A stretch of 64,000 nucleotides of DNA, taken from Candidatus Cloacimonadota bacterium (GTDB taxonomy: Bacteria > Cloacimonadota > Cloacimonadia > G963667145). How positions within the stretch are numbered: the stretch's first letter is position 1; every line of letters starts with the position of its first letter. The DNA is taken from assembly GCA_963667255.1 (NCBI GenBank), contig OY762940.1, positions 1,280,001 through 1,344,000 on the forward strand. The letters run 5' to 3'. Both the position numbers and the translations under genes were made by a program. Below the pieces are notes generated by a model. The model made no database searches and was not told the DNA's origin. It saw only the letters and a list, made by a program, of their open reading frames with translations. Below are positions 1 through 9,750 of the stretch, piece after piece.

Positions 1-154
1 TCGTCTGCCAAATTTTCTTCTCAAACAAGACAGGACCGAAACCGATGGAAAAAGCCTCTACCCGAACACCAAAAATCCGTGCAGCCACAAAATGCCCTAT
101 TTCGTGCAAAGCGACTATCACGGATAAAACTAAAATAAAATAGATGTAAAACAA
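1..154 (-). CDS. rseP: RIP metalloprotease RseP (M50), N-terminal part; runs off the window edge
   Basis: Manual translation from TTG at 154: MFYIYFILVLSVIVALHEIGHFVAARIFGVRVEAFSIGFGP, showing HExxH plus the FSIGFGP motif. Not in the ORF track. Confidence 0.88.
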   Translation of the reverse strand, partial: MFYIYFILVLSVIVALHEIGHFVAARIFGVRVEAFSIGFGPVLFEKKIWQT

Positions 155-161
155 ATTTCCC

Positions 162-1139
162 CTACAAATTCTCTTTCAAAAAATAGATGTTCTCAATAGC
201 AAACGGGTCAACCCCATTCTCCATAGCAAGATAATAGCTAATCATATCCCCAATGAAAATCAAAGAAAACACCTTTTCTATATACGAATTGCCCTCGGCA
301 AAAATATCGATTTTCTCGTCCAACAACTCGGAAAAAATCTCCACTCTCTTTTTGTATCTCTCACCCAAATCAAAATCGGACAAAATCACGGGCACCAACG
401 GCAAATCCTGATGATAATACCCCTCAATCTCGTTGTGATTCATCTCGGGAAAACAGTGCCAAAAAGCTGGCGAATTTGCATTCTCGTTGATTTGACACTT
501 CATCCTGTAAGCCGCACAACTATAGGCAGGGTCAGCAGCATAGATAATCGCAATCTTCCCTTTAAGACTCTTGGCGATTTGCTTGGCGATATTTTGGTCG
601 TGCGAGTTATCCTCAAACACAGCTTGCACTTTCCCCGCCAACTGACTGACCGTAGCATCTATCTCTTTGACTATGCTCGGCACCAAACCGTAAGCCTCCA
701 AAATCTTGTGAACTCCACCGAACAGATAAGCGATAGCCGCCCTCGGAGGGAAACCGCTTTTCAACCTAATAATCGGGTAGTTTCCGCCCATCATCTCTTC
801 CAACTTTCCACCGGTAGTTATTCCGGCAAGATGAGCAGTCTTCTCTTTGGCTTTGGAGAAGCAAGACAAAGTCTCTTCCGTATTTCCAGAGTAAGATATC
901 AAAATCACCAGTGTTTTGGCATCCAAATATCCCGGGCGATAATCGCTGGCAACTCTCACGGAAAATTTCTCTCCATACGCTCCATTTATCAGGTGTCCGG
1001 CTATCCCCGAGCCACCCATTCCACAAATCACAACCTTATCTATATCGCCCTCTTGTTTGGCTATCTCCGCTTTGTGATATCCCTGATACAGATGATCAGG
1101 CATATGCGTAATCAAATCGTGCATTGAATTCATATCCAT
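162..1139 (-). CDS. Bifunctional phosphoglucose/phosphomannose isomerase (SIS fold)
   Basis: GMGGSG, SYSGNTEET, QINENA and PEMNHNEIEG motifs; 325 aa; GAGG RBS. Confidence 0.9.
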   Translation of the reverse strand: MDMNSMHDLITHMPDHLYQGYHKAEIAKQEGDIDKVVICGMGGSGIAGHLINGAYGEKFSVRVASDYRPGYLDAKTLVILISYSGNTEETLSCFSKAKEKTAHLAGITTGGKLEEMMGGNYPIIRLKSGFPPRAAIAYLFGGVHKILEAYGLVPSIVKEIDATVSQLAGKVQAVFEDNSHDQNIAKQIAKSLKGKIAIIYAADPAYSCAAYRMKCQINENANSPAFWHCFPEMNHNEIEGYYHQDLPLVPVILSDFDLGERYKKRVEIFSELLDEKIDIFAEGNSYIEKVFSLIFIGDMISYYLAMENGVDPFAIENIYFLKENL

Positions 1140-1166
1140 AATTATTCCTCTTTATTCTTTTACAAT

Positions 1167-1589
1167 CTAAATAGTATCGCCCCAAACAGCCAACGGTATC
1201 TCATGACCGACAGCCCGCACATATTCGTGTCCGGTATATTCCGTAATAAAAAACTCCAAGCAAAACACCTCCGACTCAAACAGATGTCCAGCATAAGAGT
1301 TGAAATCTTTGTCGGCAATGTTTATGTGGAGATGAGCGTAAATATCGTCTTCTTTGATAGAGATATTCCCCTCCATAGAGGCAACCTCTATCGGCTCATC
1401 AAAACTCTTATAGTGGTATTTACTACCATCGAAATAGCCAAGCTTCACCTTCTCAAAAGCACCAATTCCGCTAACTTTGGCAAATCTTATTCCCTTGCTT
1501 CTGGCAAAATCCGAGATAGCTTGCACAGCATCCTTGCCAGCTGTAACTCTTCCCGCAAAAACTCTTCCTTGCTTTAGTTCGCTCAACAT
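1167..1589 (-). CDS. PPC/DUF296 domain protein
   Basis: SGIGA, EVASMEGNI, HLHI and AGHL motifs; GGAGG RBS. Confidence 0.88.
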   Translation of the reverse strand: MLSELKQGRVFAGRVTAGKDAVQAISDFARSKGIRFAKVSGIGAFEKVKLGYFDGSKYHYKSFDEPIEVASMEGNISIKEDDIYAHLHINIADKDFNSYAGHLFESEVFCLEFFITEYTGHEYVRAVGHEIPLAVWGDTI

Positions 1590-1656
1590 AAATAACCTCC
1601 TATAAAATAGTAAATCAACTGAATTTGTGAGTCCAAGCTAAATCTCACTTCCGTGT

Positions 1657-1662
1657 TGTCAA
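1657..1662 (-). promoter_or_regulatory. Putative -35 element for the DUF296-PGI/PMI-rseP unit
   Basis: TTGACA 73 bp upstream of the start; TAGCTT at 16-bp spacing. Confidence 0.55.
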
Positions 1663-1781
1663 CTCTTAGTTATCAGGTTTATCTGTGCTTTTGCTCAAAA
1701 TAACTCTGTCAAAAATAATTAGTTACGCCAATCTAACCCTGCTATAACAACACTTCCACAGTATTTTCCCAAAATTAGTAG

Positions 1782-1787
1782 TTGACA
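1782..1787 (+). promoter_or_regulatory. Putative -35 element for the first gdh
   Basis: TTGACA 55 bp upstream of ATG; no canonical -10. Confidence 0.55.
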
Positions 1788-1833
1788 GAAAAGGTGGGAA
1801 TTAATTTTGTCGTCAACATAAAGGTAAAGGTAG

Positions 1834-3168
<1,335 letters not shown>

Positions 3169-3196
3169 TCCATCAATCTCAAATTAAAAAATCTAC

Positions 3197-3234
3197 ATAC
3201 CCTCTGCTTTTTTTAAGTAGAGGGTATTTTTTTT
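3197..3234 (+). terminator. Intrinsic terminator after gdh copy 1
   Basis: ATACCCTCTGCTT / AAGTAGAGGGTAT stem followed by a T run. Confidence 0.85.
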
Positions 3235-3328
3235 AGTAAAAATCTTCTTTTGACTATCTAAGCTATTGCTACAACATACTGACAAATCAGGTTTCTTTTC
3301 TTTATCTCCAAATAACTCCCTTCTTTCC

Positions 3329-3334
3329 TTGACA
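3329..3334 (+). promoter_or_regulatory. Putative -35 element for the second gdh
   Basis: TTGACA 144 bp upstream of ATG, preceding a structured leader. Confidence 0.5.
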
Positions 3335-3472
3335 AAATTTTAGCAAAACCCATCGTCCGTCACGGCAATCGAAAATTTATATAAAAGTTTTCGGGCGAAA
3401 TTAAAGATTCTTTCAAGGTTTTATTGCATATGATAACGCCTTGAGAAAAAATAAATTAACAGGAAGCAAATT

Positions 3473-4798
3473 ATGAAAAAAATCATTGAAATGCTTAGCA
3501 AAAAACACCCAGGCGAAAACGAATATCTGCAAGCGGTCAGCGAAGTGCTTGGGTCAATCGAGGAATATTACAAAGCAAATCCTCGCTACAAAAAAGCCGG
3601 CATAGCCGAGCGGATTGTTGAGCCGGATAGAATCATTTCGTTCAAGATTCCCTGGGTAGATGACAGCGGTAAAGTGCAAGTGAACATCGGCTATCGTGTG
3701 CAATTCAACAACGCCATAGGTCCCTACAAAGGCGGACTTCGTTTCCATCCTACCGTAAATTTGTCGGTCCTAAAATTTCTCGGATTTGAGCAAATCTTCA
3801 AAAACAGTCTGACCACTCTGCCCATGGGTGGAGCTAAGGGCGGTTCTGATTTCGACCCAAAAGGAAAATCTGACACAGAAATTATGCAGTTTTGCCAATG
3901 TTTCATGCTTGAACTTTGGAGAGTAATCGGTCCGGATACTGATGTCCCCGCTGGAGATATCGGTGTAAGTGGCAAAGAAATCGCTTATTTATTCGGAATG
4001 TATAAAAAGCTCACAGGCAAACACACCGGTGTGCTCACAGGCAAAGGCTTAGGCTGGGGTGGTTCACTCATCCGTCCGGAAGCGACAGGCTATGGTGCTA
4101 TCTACTTCGTGCAAGATGTCCTCAAAATGAAAAACGAAACAATCAAAGGCAAAACCATTACCGTGTCAGGTTTTGGTAATGTTGCTTGGGGTGCAGTGAA
4201 AAAAGCTGACGAACTCGGTGGAAAAGTGGTAACTATATCCGGTCCTGATGGCTATATTTACGACCCCGATGGTATTTCTGGGGAAAAAATCGACTATCTC
4301 TTGGAACTCCGTGCTACCAACAACGATGTGGTAGAGCCATTCGCCAAAAAATTTGGTGCAAAGTTCATTCCGAACAAACACCCATGGGAAGTGAAATGCG
4401 ACATCGCTCTCCCCTGTGCCTGTGAAAACGAACTCAACGAAGAAGATGCCAACAACCTCGTGAAGAACGGAGCAATGCTCGTTGCAGAGGTTTCCAACAT
4501 GGGCTCGACTCCAGAGGCTATAGAGACTTTCCAAAAAAATAAACTCACCTACGCTCCGGGAAAAGCTGTGAACGCAGGTGGTGTAGCCGTGTCAGGCTTG
4601 GAAATGACTCAAAACTCCATGCACATCGGCTGGAGTAGAGAAGAAGTGGACGCCAAACTCCACGAAATTATGTCCAGCATCCACGAAACTTGTGTAAAAT
4701 ACGGAAAAGAAGGCGACTTCGTCAACTACCTCAAAGGTGCCAATGTCGGCGGATTTATCAAGGTCGCTGAAGCAATGCTTGACCAAGGTCCTATATGA
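3473..4798 (+). CDS. gdh: Glutamate dehydrogenase (copy 2), possibly NAD-preferring GdhB-like
   Basis: Same catalytic motifs as copy 1, but the cofactor region reads GFGNVAWG and ISGPD. Confidence 0.94.
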   Translation: MKKIIEMLSKKHPGENEYLQAVSEVLGSIEEYYKANPRYKKAGIAERIVEPDRIISFKIPWVDDSGKVQVNIGYRVQFNNAIGPYKGGLRFHPTVNLSVLKFLGFEQIFKNSLTTLPMGGAKGGSDFDPKGKSDTEIMQFCQCFMLELWRVIGPDTDVPAGDIGVSGKEIAYLFGMYKKLTGKHTGVLTGKGLGWGGSLIRPEATGYGAIYFVQDVLKMKNETIKGKTITVSGFGNVAWGAVKKADELGGKVVTISGPDGYIYDPDGISGEKIDYLLELRATNNDVVEPFAKKFGAKFIPNKHPWEVKCDIALPCACENELNEEDANNLVKNGAMLVAEVSNMGSTPEAIETFQKNKLTYAPGKAVNAGGVAVSGLEMTQNSMHIGWSREEVDAKLHEIMSSIHETCVKYGKEGDFVNYLKGANVGGFIKVAEAMLDQGPI

Positions 4799-4837
4799 TA
4801 TCATTCTGACTAACATATTTAAAATAAATAATTTCAC

Positions 4838-4873
4838 AATACCCTTTGTCCTCAGAAGACGGAGGGTATTTTT
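4838..4873 (+). terminator. Intrinsic terminator after gdh copy 2
   Basis: AATACCCTTTGTC / GACGGAGGGTATT stem plus T run. Confidence 0.75.
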
Positions 4874-4959
4874 ATATAAAGACCATTTTTACAAATAGAA
4901 TTTCATCCCAAAATACCCTTAGATCCCGCTCCTCAAAAGCAAAAAAAAAGAAAAACACC

Positions 4960-4965
4960 TTGACA
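4960..4965 (+). promoter_or_regulatory. Putative -35 element with A-tract (UP-like) for the porin gene
   Basis: TTGACA preceded by long A runs, 85 bp upstream of ATG. Confidence 0.55.
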
Positions 4966-5044
4966 CTAAGTTTACCAAATATACAAAAGGAGCGTCCGAG
5001 AGGATATTTAAAATTTAACAAACAAAAAAAAGGAGAGAATTAGT

Positions 5045-6301
5045 ATGAAAAAACTAATCGTACTTAGTTTGATCGCTCTTTTTGCGATCGGAAATTTGCT
5101 GGCTGTTGATGTAAGCTACTCAGGTACTATACGTGCTAGAGGTGGTATGGTGCTAAATGATAACTACGATAAAGATGCTAGCACAGCTACATGGAAAAGT
5201 CAAAGATTAAGACTTTACATGACAGGAGAGGCTGAAAACGGGGTAAAGTTTGTTACTCGTTTCAGATTGACCAACGGTGACCCTTCTAATAATGTTAGTA
5301 CAGTTGATAAGGAAGAATTTAATGTAGACAGAGCTTATTTAGTAATTCCTGACGCTTTCTTGGGCTTTACCGTTACTGCAGGTTATCAACCATTTTATGC
5401 TAAAAACGGCATGATTATTGATGCTACCTATTTTGGTTACAACTTCGCTAGATCTTTCGGTGATGCTTCTGTAGCTTTCGGTGGTTTTACTGTTAGCAAT
5501 GGTACATCTACTCAAGCATCTAGTTATGGTGCTACTGACGCAGATGATGTTTCTCATGCTTTGATGGCTGATTTAGCAGTGAATAATGTTGGACCTGGTA
5601 CTCTCGGTCTTGATATTATCGCTCAAACAAATGTAACTGTAACTGGCTACAAAAAAGCTAACTACTACTGGATTTCTCCTTGGTATAATATGGTTTCTGG
5701 AGATTTCTCTGTAAATATCAACCCTGTAATCTTGACTGGTGGTTATGATGCTACTACAGGTTCTACCAACAAAAATGTTAGCGGTTCTGTTTTTGCTCTT
5801 ATCGTAAAACCAAGCTACACTCTTGCCTCTACCGGTACTTCTTTCGGTGGCGATGTTCTCTATATCCAAGGTAAAAAATCTACCGATACAGATAAGCTCA
5901 GTTGGAAAGGAATAAATACTTTCTATTGTTCAGGTCTTGAATATTTTGGTGCTGCTAACGAAATTGACCACTATGGTTGTATTGGTAATATAGTAACCGA
6001 TCAAGGTCAAATATCTATAGCTGTTAATGCTAATCAACCTCTTACCTCTGCTCTTACTTTACACTTTGCTGCAGGTTATGTAATGACTGCTGAAGATGTT
6101 ACTTTGGCTGATGGCAAAAAAGACAATGTTCTCGGTACAGAAATTGACCTCGGTCTTAGATGGGCTGTAAAAGAGAATGTAACTTGGAAATTCACCGGTG
6201 CTTATGTAATTCCTGGCGATGCTACTACAAAAACTACCAGTGCAACTGCCAAAGACGATGCTCTTACTTCTCTTACTACCTATCTTGAATATGCATTCTA
6301 A
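5045..6301 (+). CDS. Outer-membrane porin-like beta-barrel protein
   Basis: Signal peptide, alternating amphipathic strands, VDRAYL and GTEIDLG segments, C-terminal YLEYAF; AAGGAG RBS. Confidence 0.75.
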   Translation: MKKLIVLSLIALFAIGNLLAVDVSYSGTIRARGGMVLNDNYDKDASTATWKSQRLRLYMTGEAENGVKFVTRFRLTNGDPSNNVSTVDKEEFNVDRAYLVIPDAFLGFTVTAGYQPFYAKNGMIIDATYFGYNFARSFGDASVAFGGFTVSNGTSTQASSYGATDADDVSHALMADLAVNNVGPGTLGLDIIAQTNVTVTGYKKANYYWISPWYNMVSGDFSVNINPVILTGGYDATTGSTNKNVSGSVFALIVKPSYTLASTGTSFGGDVLYIQGKKSTDTDKLSWKGINTFYCSGLEYFGAANEIDHYGCIGNIVTDQGQISIAVNANQPLTSALTLHFAAGYVMTAEDVTLADGKKDNVLGTEIDLGLRWAVKENVTWKFTGAYVIPGDATTKTTSATAKDDALTSLTTYLEYAF

Positions 6302-6321
6302 GATTGTTTAGACAAAATTAT

Positions 6322-6354
6322 AAAGACTCTTTCTTCGGAGAGAGTCTTTTTTTT
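6322..6354 (+). terminator. Intrinsic terminator after the porin gene
   Basis: AAAGACTCTTTC-TTCG-GAGAGAGTCTTT (cUUCGg loop) plus T8. Confidence 0.9.
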
Positions 6355-6434
6355 ATGTGAAAATCGTATTCTGTGTTTGACAAATTAACAACTTGTATGC
6401 TTTCTACATTCCAGTGTTTTCGAGGAGGAATAAA

Positions 6435-7058
6435 TTGCAACAAATTCAGATTTTATTGTTAAGAAGATTGTCGAGATATCTGCTCATCCTAAAGGACAAA
6501 AGAGCTAAAGGAGAAAAGATAATCTCTTCTGCCACTCTCGGCTCTCTCACATCTACGCACTGCTCACAAGTCCGCAGAGATATGGGCACTATCGGCGTAG
6601 TAGGTCAGCCACGAGTTGGCACGATCATCAGCGATATTATACGGGCTATTGAGGATTTTTTGGGCATTAATACCATCAGTTCCGCTTTTTTGATAGGTGT
6701 TGGCAACATCGGCAAGGCTCTGCTCAAGTCGGAAAACCAAAACACAGGCGTGGAGATTTTGGCGGGATTTGACACCGACATCAGTCTCTTCGACACCAAG
6801 ATAAACAAAATCAAGATTTATCCTTTGGAGAAATTTGCCCAGCTTACCCAAAAAATGGGCGTGCAAATCGGCATCATCTGCACACCGGCTACAGTGGCAC
6901 AAGAGACAGCAGACTTGATGGTCTCCTCTGGCATCAAGGGAATATGGAATTTCACTCCGATCAAGCTGGAAGTTCCCGATAATATCTTCGTAGAAACCGT
7001 AAATCTCTACTCGGGACTCACTGTCCTCTCGTGGTTAGTATCCAGCAACAAGGAATGA
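6435..7058 (+). CDS. rex: Redox-sensing transcriptional repressor Rex
   Basis: RRLSRY, ISS, QVRRD, GVGNIGKAL and GIWNFTP motifs. Start moved from 6393 to the TTG at 6435, behind GAGGAGG; TTGACA at 6377. Confidence 0.88.
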   Translation: MQQIQILLLRRLSRYLLILKDKRAKGEKIISSATLGSLTSTHCSQVRRDMGTIGVVGQPRVGTIISDIIRAIEDFLGINTISSAFLIGVGNIGKALLKSENQNTGVEILAGFDTDISLFDTKINKIKIYPLEKFAQLTQKMGVQIGIICTPATVAQETADLMVSSGIKGIWNFTPIKLEVPDNIFVETVNLYSGLTVLSWLVSSNKE

Positions 7059-7154
7059 TTTTTTTTTAGCTCTCCCCAACACCAAAGTAAGACGATTATC
7101 TTGACATTTGGCAATCAGAAAGTTTCTTGTAAGAAAATCTAATCGGGAACTAAT

Positions 7155-8840
7155 ATGAACTGGAAATCTTATAGTTTGGGATGTCTTACCTCTTTTGTCT
7201 TCTTATTTTTATTCATCGCCGTCTTGCTTGTGAGCGGATTTTTCGTGTTTAGGTCTATACAAAACAAAACAAAAAAAGAGATAAAAAACAACTCGTATCT
7301 GCTGTTGGATTTGGATAGAGAGTTGGAAGAGTATCAAACAAGCCCAAATTTATTTCACGACAAGGACACACCCTTGGCAATGAACGCCCTAAGAAAAAAG
7401 CTGTTCTCTGCTATTCACGACAAGGCAATCGACGGAATAATCGTCAAACTCTCGGGAATCTCCCCTCTCTCCTATGCTCAAGCCGACGAACTGGTTTACT
7501 GCCTGCAATCTTTCCAAAAAGTGTCCAGCAAAAAGGTGCTATCTTACGCCTATTTCTGCACCGATACAAAATTTTTGGTAGCCTCCTGCACAGACAAAAT
7601 CTATCTCAATCCATCGGCTTCAGCGGGAATTTCCTTGCTTGGTTTCAGCACAAAAAGGCTCTATATGAAGTCCCTTTTGGACAAAATCGGCATAGATGTG
7701 AGCGTAATCCGTGTCGGCAACTACAAATCTTACGGCGAAGTTTTTACCAAAAATAAAGCAAGCGATGAGAGTATCTCCGAGAACAAAAAAGTTTATGGGG
7801 AGTTCTTCGACCGCTACCAAAAGCAATTGGCAGAAAATTTGGATGTGCCTCTGTCAAAAATAAACAAAATTTTTGCCGACACTTCCACTATGATTATCGG
7901 CGGAGAAAATGCTCTCTACTTGGTTGACTCCTTGGCGTATTACCAAGATTTCCTCACAAACAACAACATAAAAAATGTCGTGAATATCGAGGAATACAAG
8001 CCTGCCTATGAGATTGCCGATAACGAAAACAAGGTTGCCGTTGTTTATTTGTCCGGTTCGATAAACAATGACGGCAACAAGTTGGAACAAAATATAGAGT
8101 TTGAGTCCACAAAAGAGATTTTTGAGAAAATAGAGAAAAATCCTGAAATCAAAGCTGTCGTCGTGCGGATAACATCGCCGGGTGGCAGTGCCCTTGTCTC
8201 GCATCTGATAGCGGGGCAAATCATCAAAAAATGCAAACTCCCCGTGGTAATCTCCATGGGTGCTGTTGCTGCCTCGGGTGGCTACTATTTGGCATCGTCC
8301 GCTGACTATATCTTTGCCGAGCCCTACACTATCACCGGCTCTATCGGCGTGTTTGCCCTTCTGCCCAATGCGAATAAACTTAGTAAAAAAATTGGGGTAA
8401 ATTACAGCGGTATCAGCTTCGGGCAATTTTCGGAAAGCATCGATATTTTTAATCCGCAATCGCCAAAAACCGTAAACGCTATCCAAAAGCATATCAACGG
8501 TGTTTACGAAGAGTTTTGCGGTTTCGTAGCCGAAAACAGAAACATCCCTCTATCTACTGTCAAAAATTTGGCACAAGGGAAAATTTACACAGCGTCTCAA
8601 GCCAAGTCGGTAAAATTGGTGGACGAAGTAGGTTATCTCGAGGATGCAATACTGAAAGCAAATCAACTGGCAAACATCGAAACATCAAAACCAGTATTTT
8701 ATCCAGACGAGAAAGATTGGTGGAAATCAATTTTTAGGAATAAACTGGGGAAAGTCCCCTTTTTGCGACTATTCTTGGAAACACACTCCGTTTTGCAATC
8801 GGAAGATTTTGTCCAAGCGAGAATAGACGATGCGATTTAG
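7155..8840 (+). CDS. sppA: Signal peptide peptidase SppA (67K type)
   Basis: VGNYKS, SPGGS, AASGGYY, TGSIGV; two S49 domains; N-terminal TM; TTGACA at 7101. Confidence 0.92.
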   Translation: MNWKSYSLGCLTSFVFLFLFIAVLLVSGFFVFRSIQNKTKKEIKNNSYLLLDLDRELEEYQTSPNLFHDKDTPLAMNALRKKLFSAIHDKAIDGIIVKLSGISPLSYAQADELVYCLQSFQKVSSKKVLSYAYFCTDTKFLVASCTDKIYLNPSASAGISLLGFSTKRLYMKSLLDKIGIDVSVIRVGNYKSYGEVFTKNKASDESISENKKVYGEFFDRYQKQLAENLDVPLSKINKIFADTSTMIIGGENALYLVDSLAYYQDFLTNNNIKNVVNIEEYKPAYEIADNENKVAVVYLSGSINNDGNKLEQNIEFESTKEIFEKIEKNPEIKAVVVRITSPGGSALVSHLIAGQIIKKCKLPVVISMGAVAASGGYYLASSADYIFAEPYTITGSIGVFALLPNANKLSKKIGVNYSGISFGQFSESIDIFNPQSPKTVNAIQKHINGVYEEFCGFVAENRNIPLSTVKNLAQGKIYTASQAKSVKLVDEVGYLEDAILKANQLANIETSKPVFYPDEKDWWKSIFRNKLGKVPFLRLFLETHSVLQSEDFVQARIDDAI

Positions 8841-9750
8841 ACTGCTGATTATCTTGGCTTTGCTCCCCGTGGTTGCCTTGGCTATCAACAAAGAAGAGTA
8901 TGGGCAATTTAAACAAACCATCAACTCCTCTCATCCGAGAAGTTATTTCGCTCCCGCTAATTTTGGCAATGAGGAAAATTTTGTCTTTGAGGGAAGAATA
9001 TCTGACCACTATTTCATCAATTTTCGCCGTAATGCAAACTGGGCAGCAGATGCTGATATCTCTATCACACTCAGAATGTTAGACAAAGAGTCTGTTCCGA
9101 TTTATACTCCGAGTTACAACCCAGGTATCAATATTTATCACTTCTCCACTCCAAAATTTTTGAACGAAGAAAACTTTATCAACGCTATCGGTTTCTACCA
9201 CTACTCAAACGGGCAAAACGGAGAGTTTTACAACGAAGACGGCAGTATAAATTATAAAACCGGTAATTTTTCTACAAATTATATCTCAATCAAAAATTTC
9301 TCTCTCTTCAGAGACCCAAAAAGGAATTTTGTCAAAGCTGTTTGGGGCTCCGAGTTGCAAATCTTCGTCGGCACTTACAGCAAAATGCGACCGCTCTACC
9401 CTAAGGCTCGACTTAATCTCTCCTGCGAAACATTGATAACCAATTTCCGCAAAGGATTTAATCTCTTCTACAATAAGGACAGCGATATTTATGATGAAGA
9501 AAAATTTACTTTACACAGGCTCAAAATCAATTTGGGATTCTTTTTCGGATATATGAGAGACACGAATTTTGAAGACAGGTTTACTGTAGAGCTAACTAAC
9601 TCTTTTAAACCGAAATGGTTGGACGATTTTTCTTTCTTCCTAAAGTATTACTATGGAAGAGATTATTACAATATTCATTTTACGGAAAAACTTTCGCAAA
9701 TTTCTTTCGGCATTATGGCTGATAACTTTATTTTTAGGAGCGACAAATGA
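8830..9750 (+). CDS. Outer-membrane phospholipase A-like protein
   Basis: Signal peptide, TPSYNP, HYSNGQ (cf. OMPLA HxSNG), YYYGRDYYN near the C-terminus. Confidence 0.6.
   Translation: MRFRLLIILALLPVVALAINKEEYGQFKQTINSSHPRSYFAPANFGNEENFVFEGRISDHYFINFRRNANWAADADISITLRMLDKESVPIYTPSYNPGINIYHFSTPKFLNEENFINAIGFYHYSNGQNGEFYNEDGSINYKTGNFSTNYISIKNFSLFRDPKRNFVKAVWGSELQIFVGTYSKMRPLYPKARLNLSCETLITNFRKGFNLFYNKDSDIYDEEKFTLHRLKINLGFFFGYMRDTNFEDRFTVELTNSFKPKWLDDFSFFLKYYYGRDYYNIHFTEKLSQISFGIMADNFIFRSDK

Noticed and set aside
4822..4839. Rex-box-like half site (TTGTGAA on minus)
   Set aside because: The other half (TTTATTT) matches poorly and the site abuts a terminator far from the -35.
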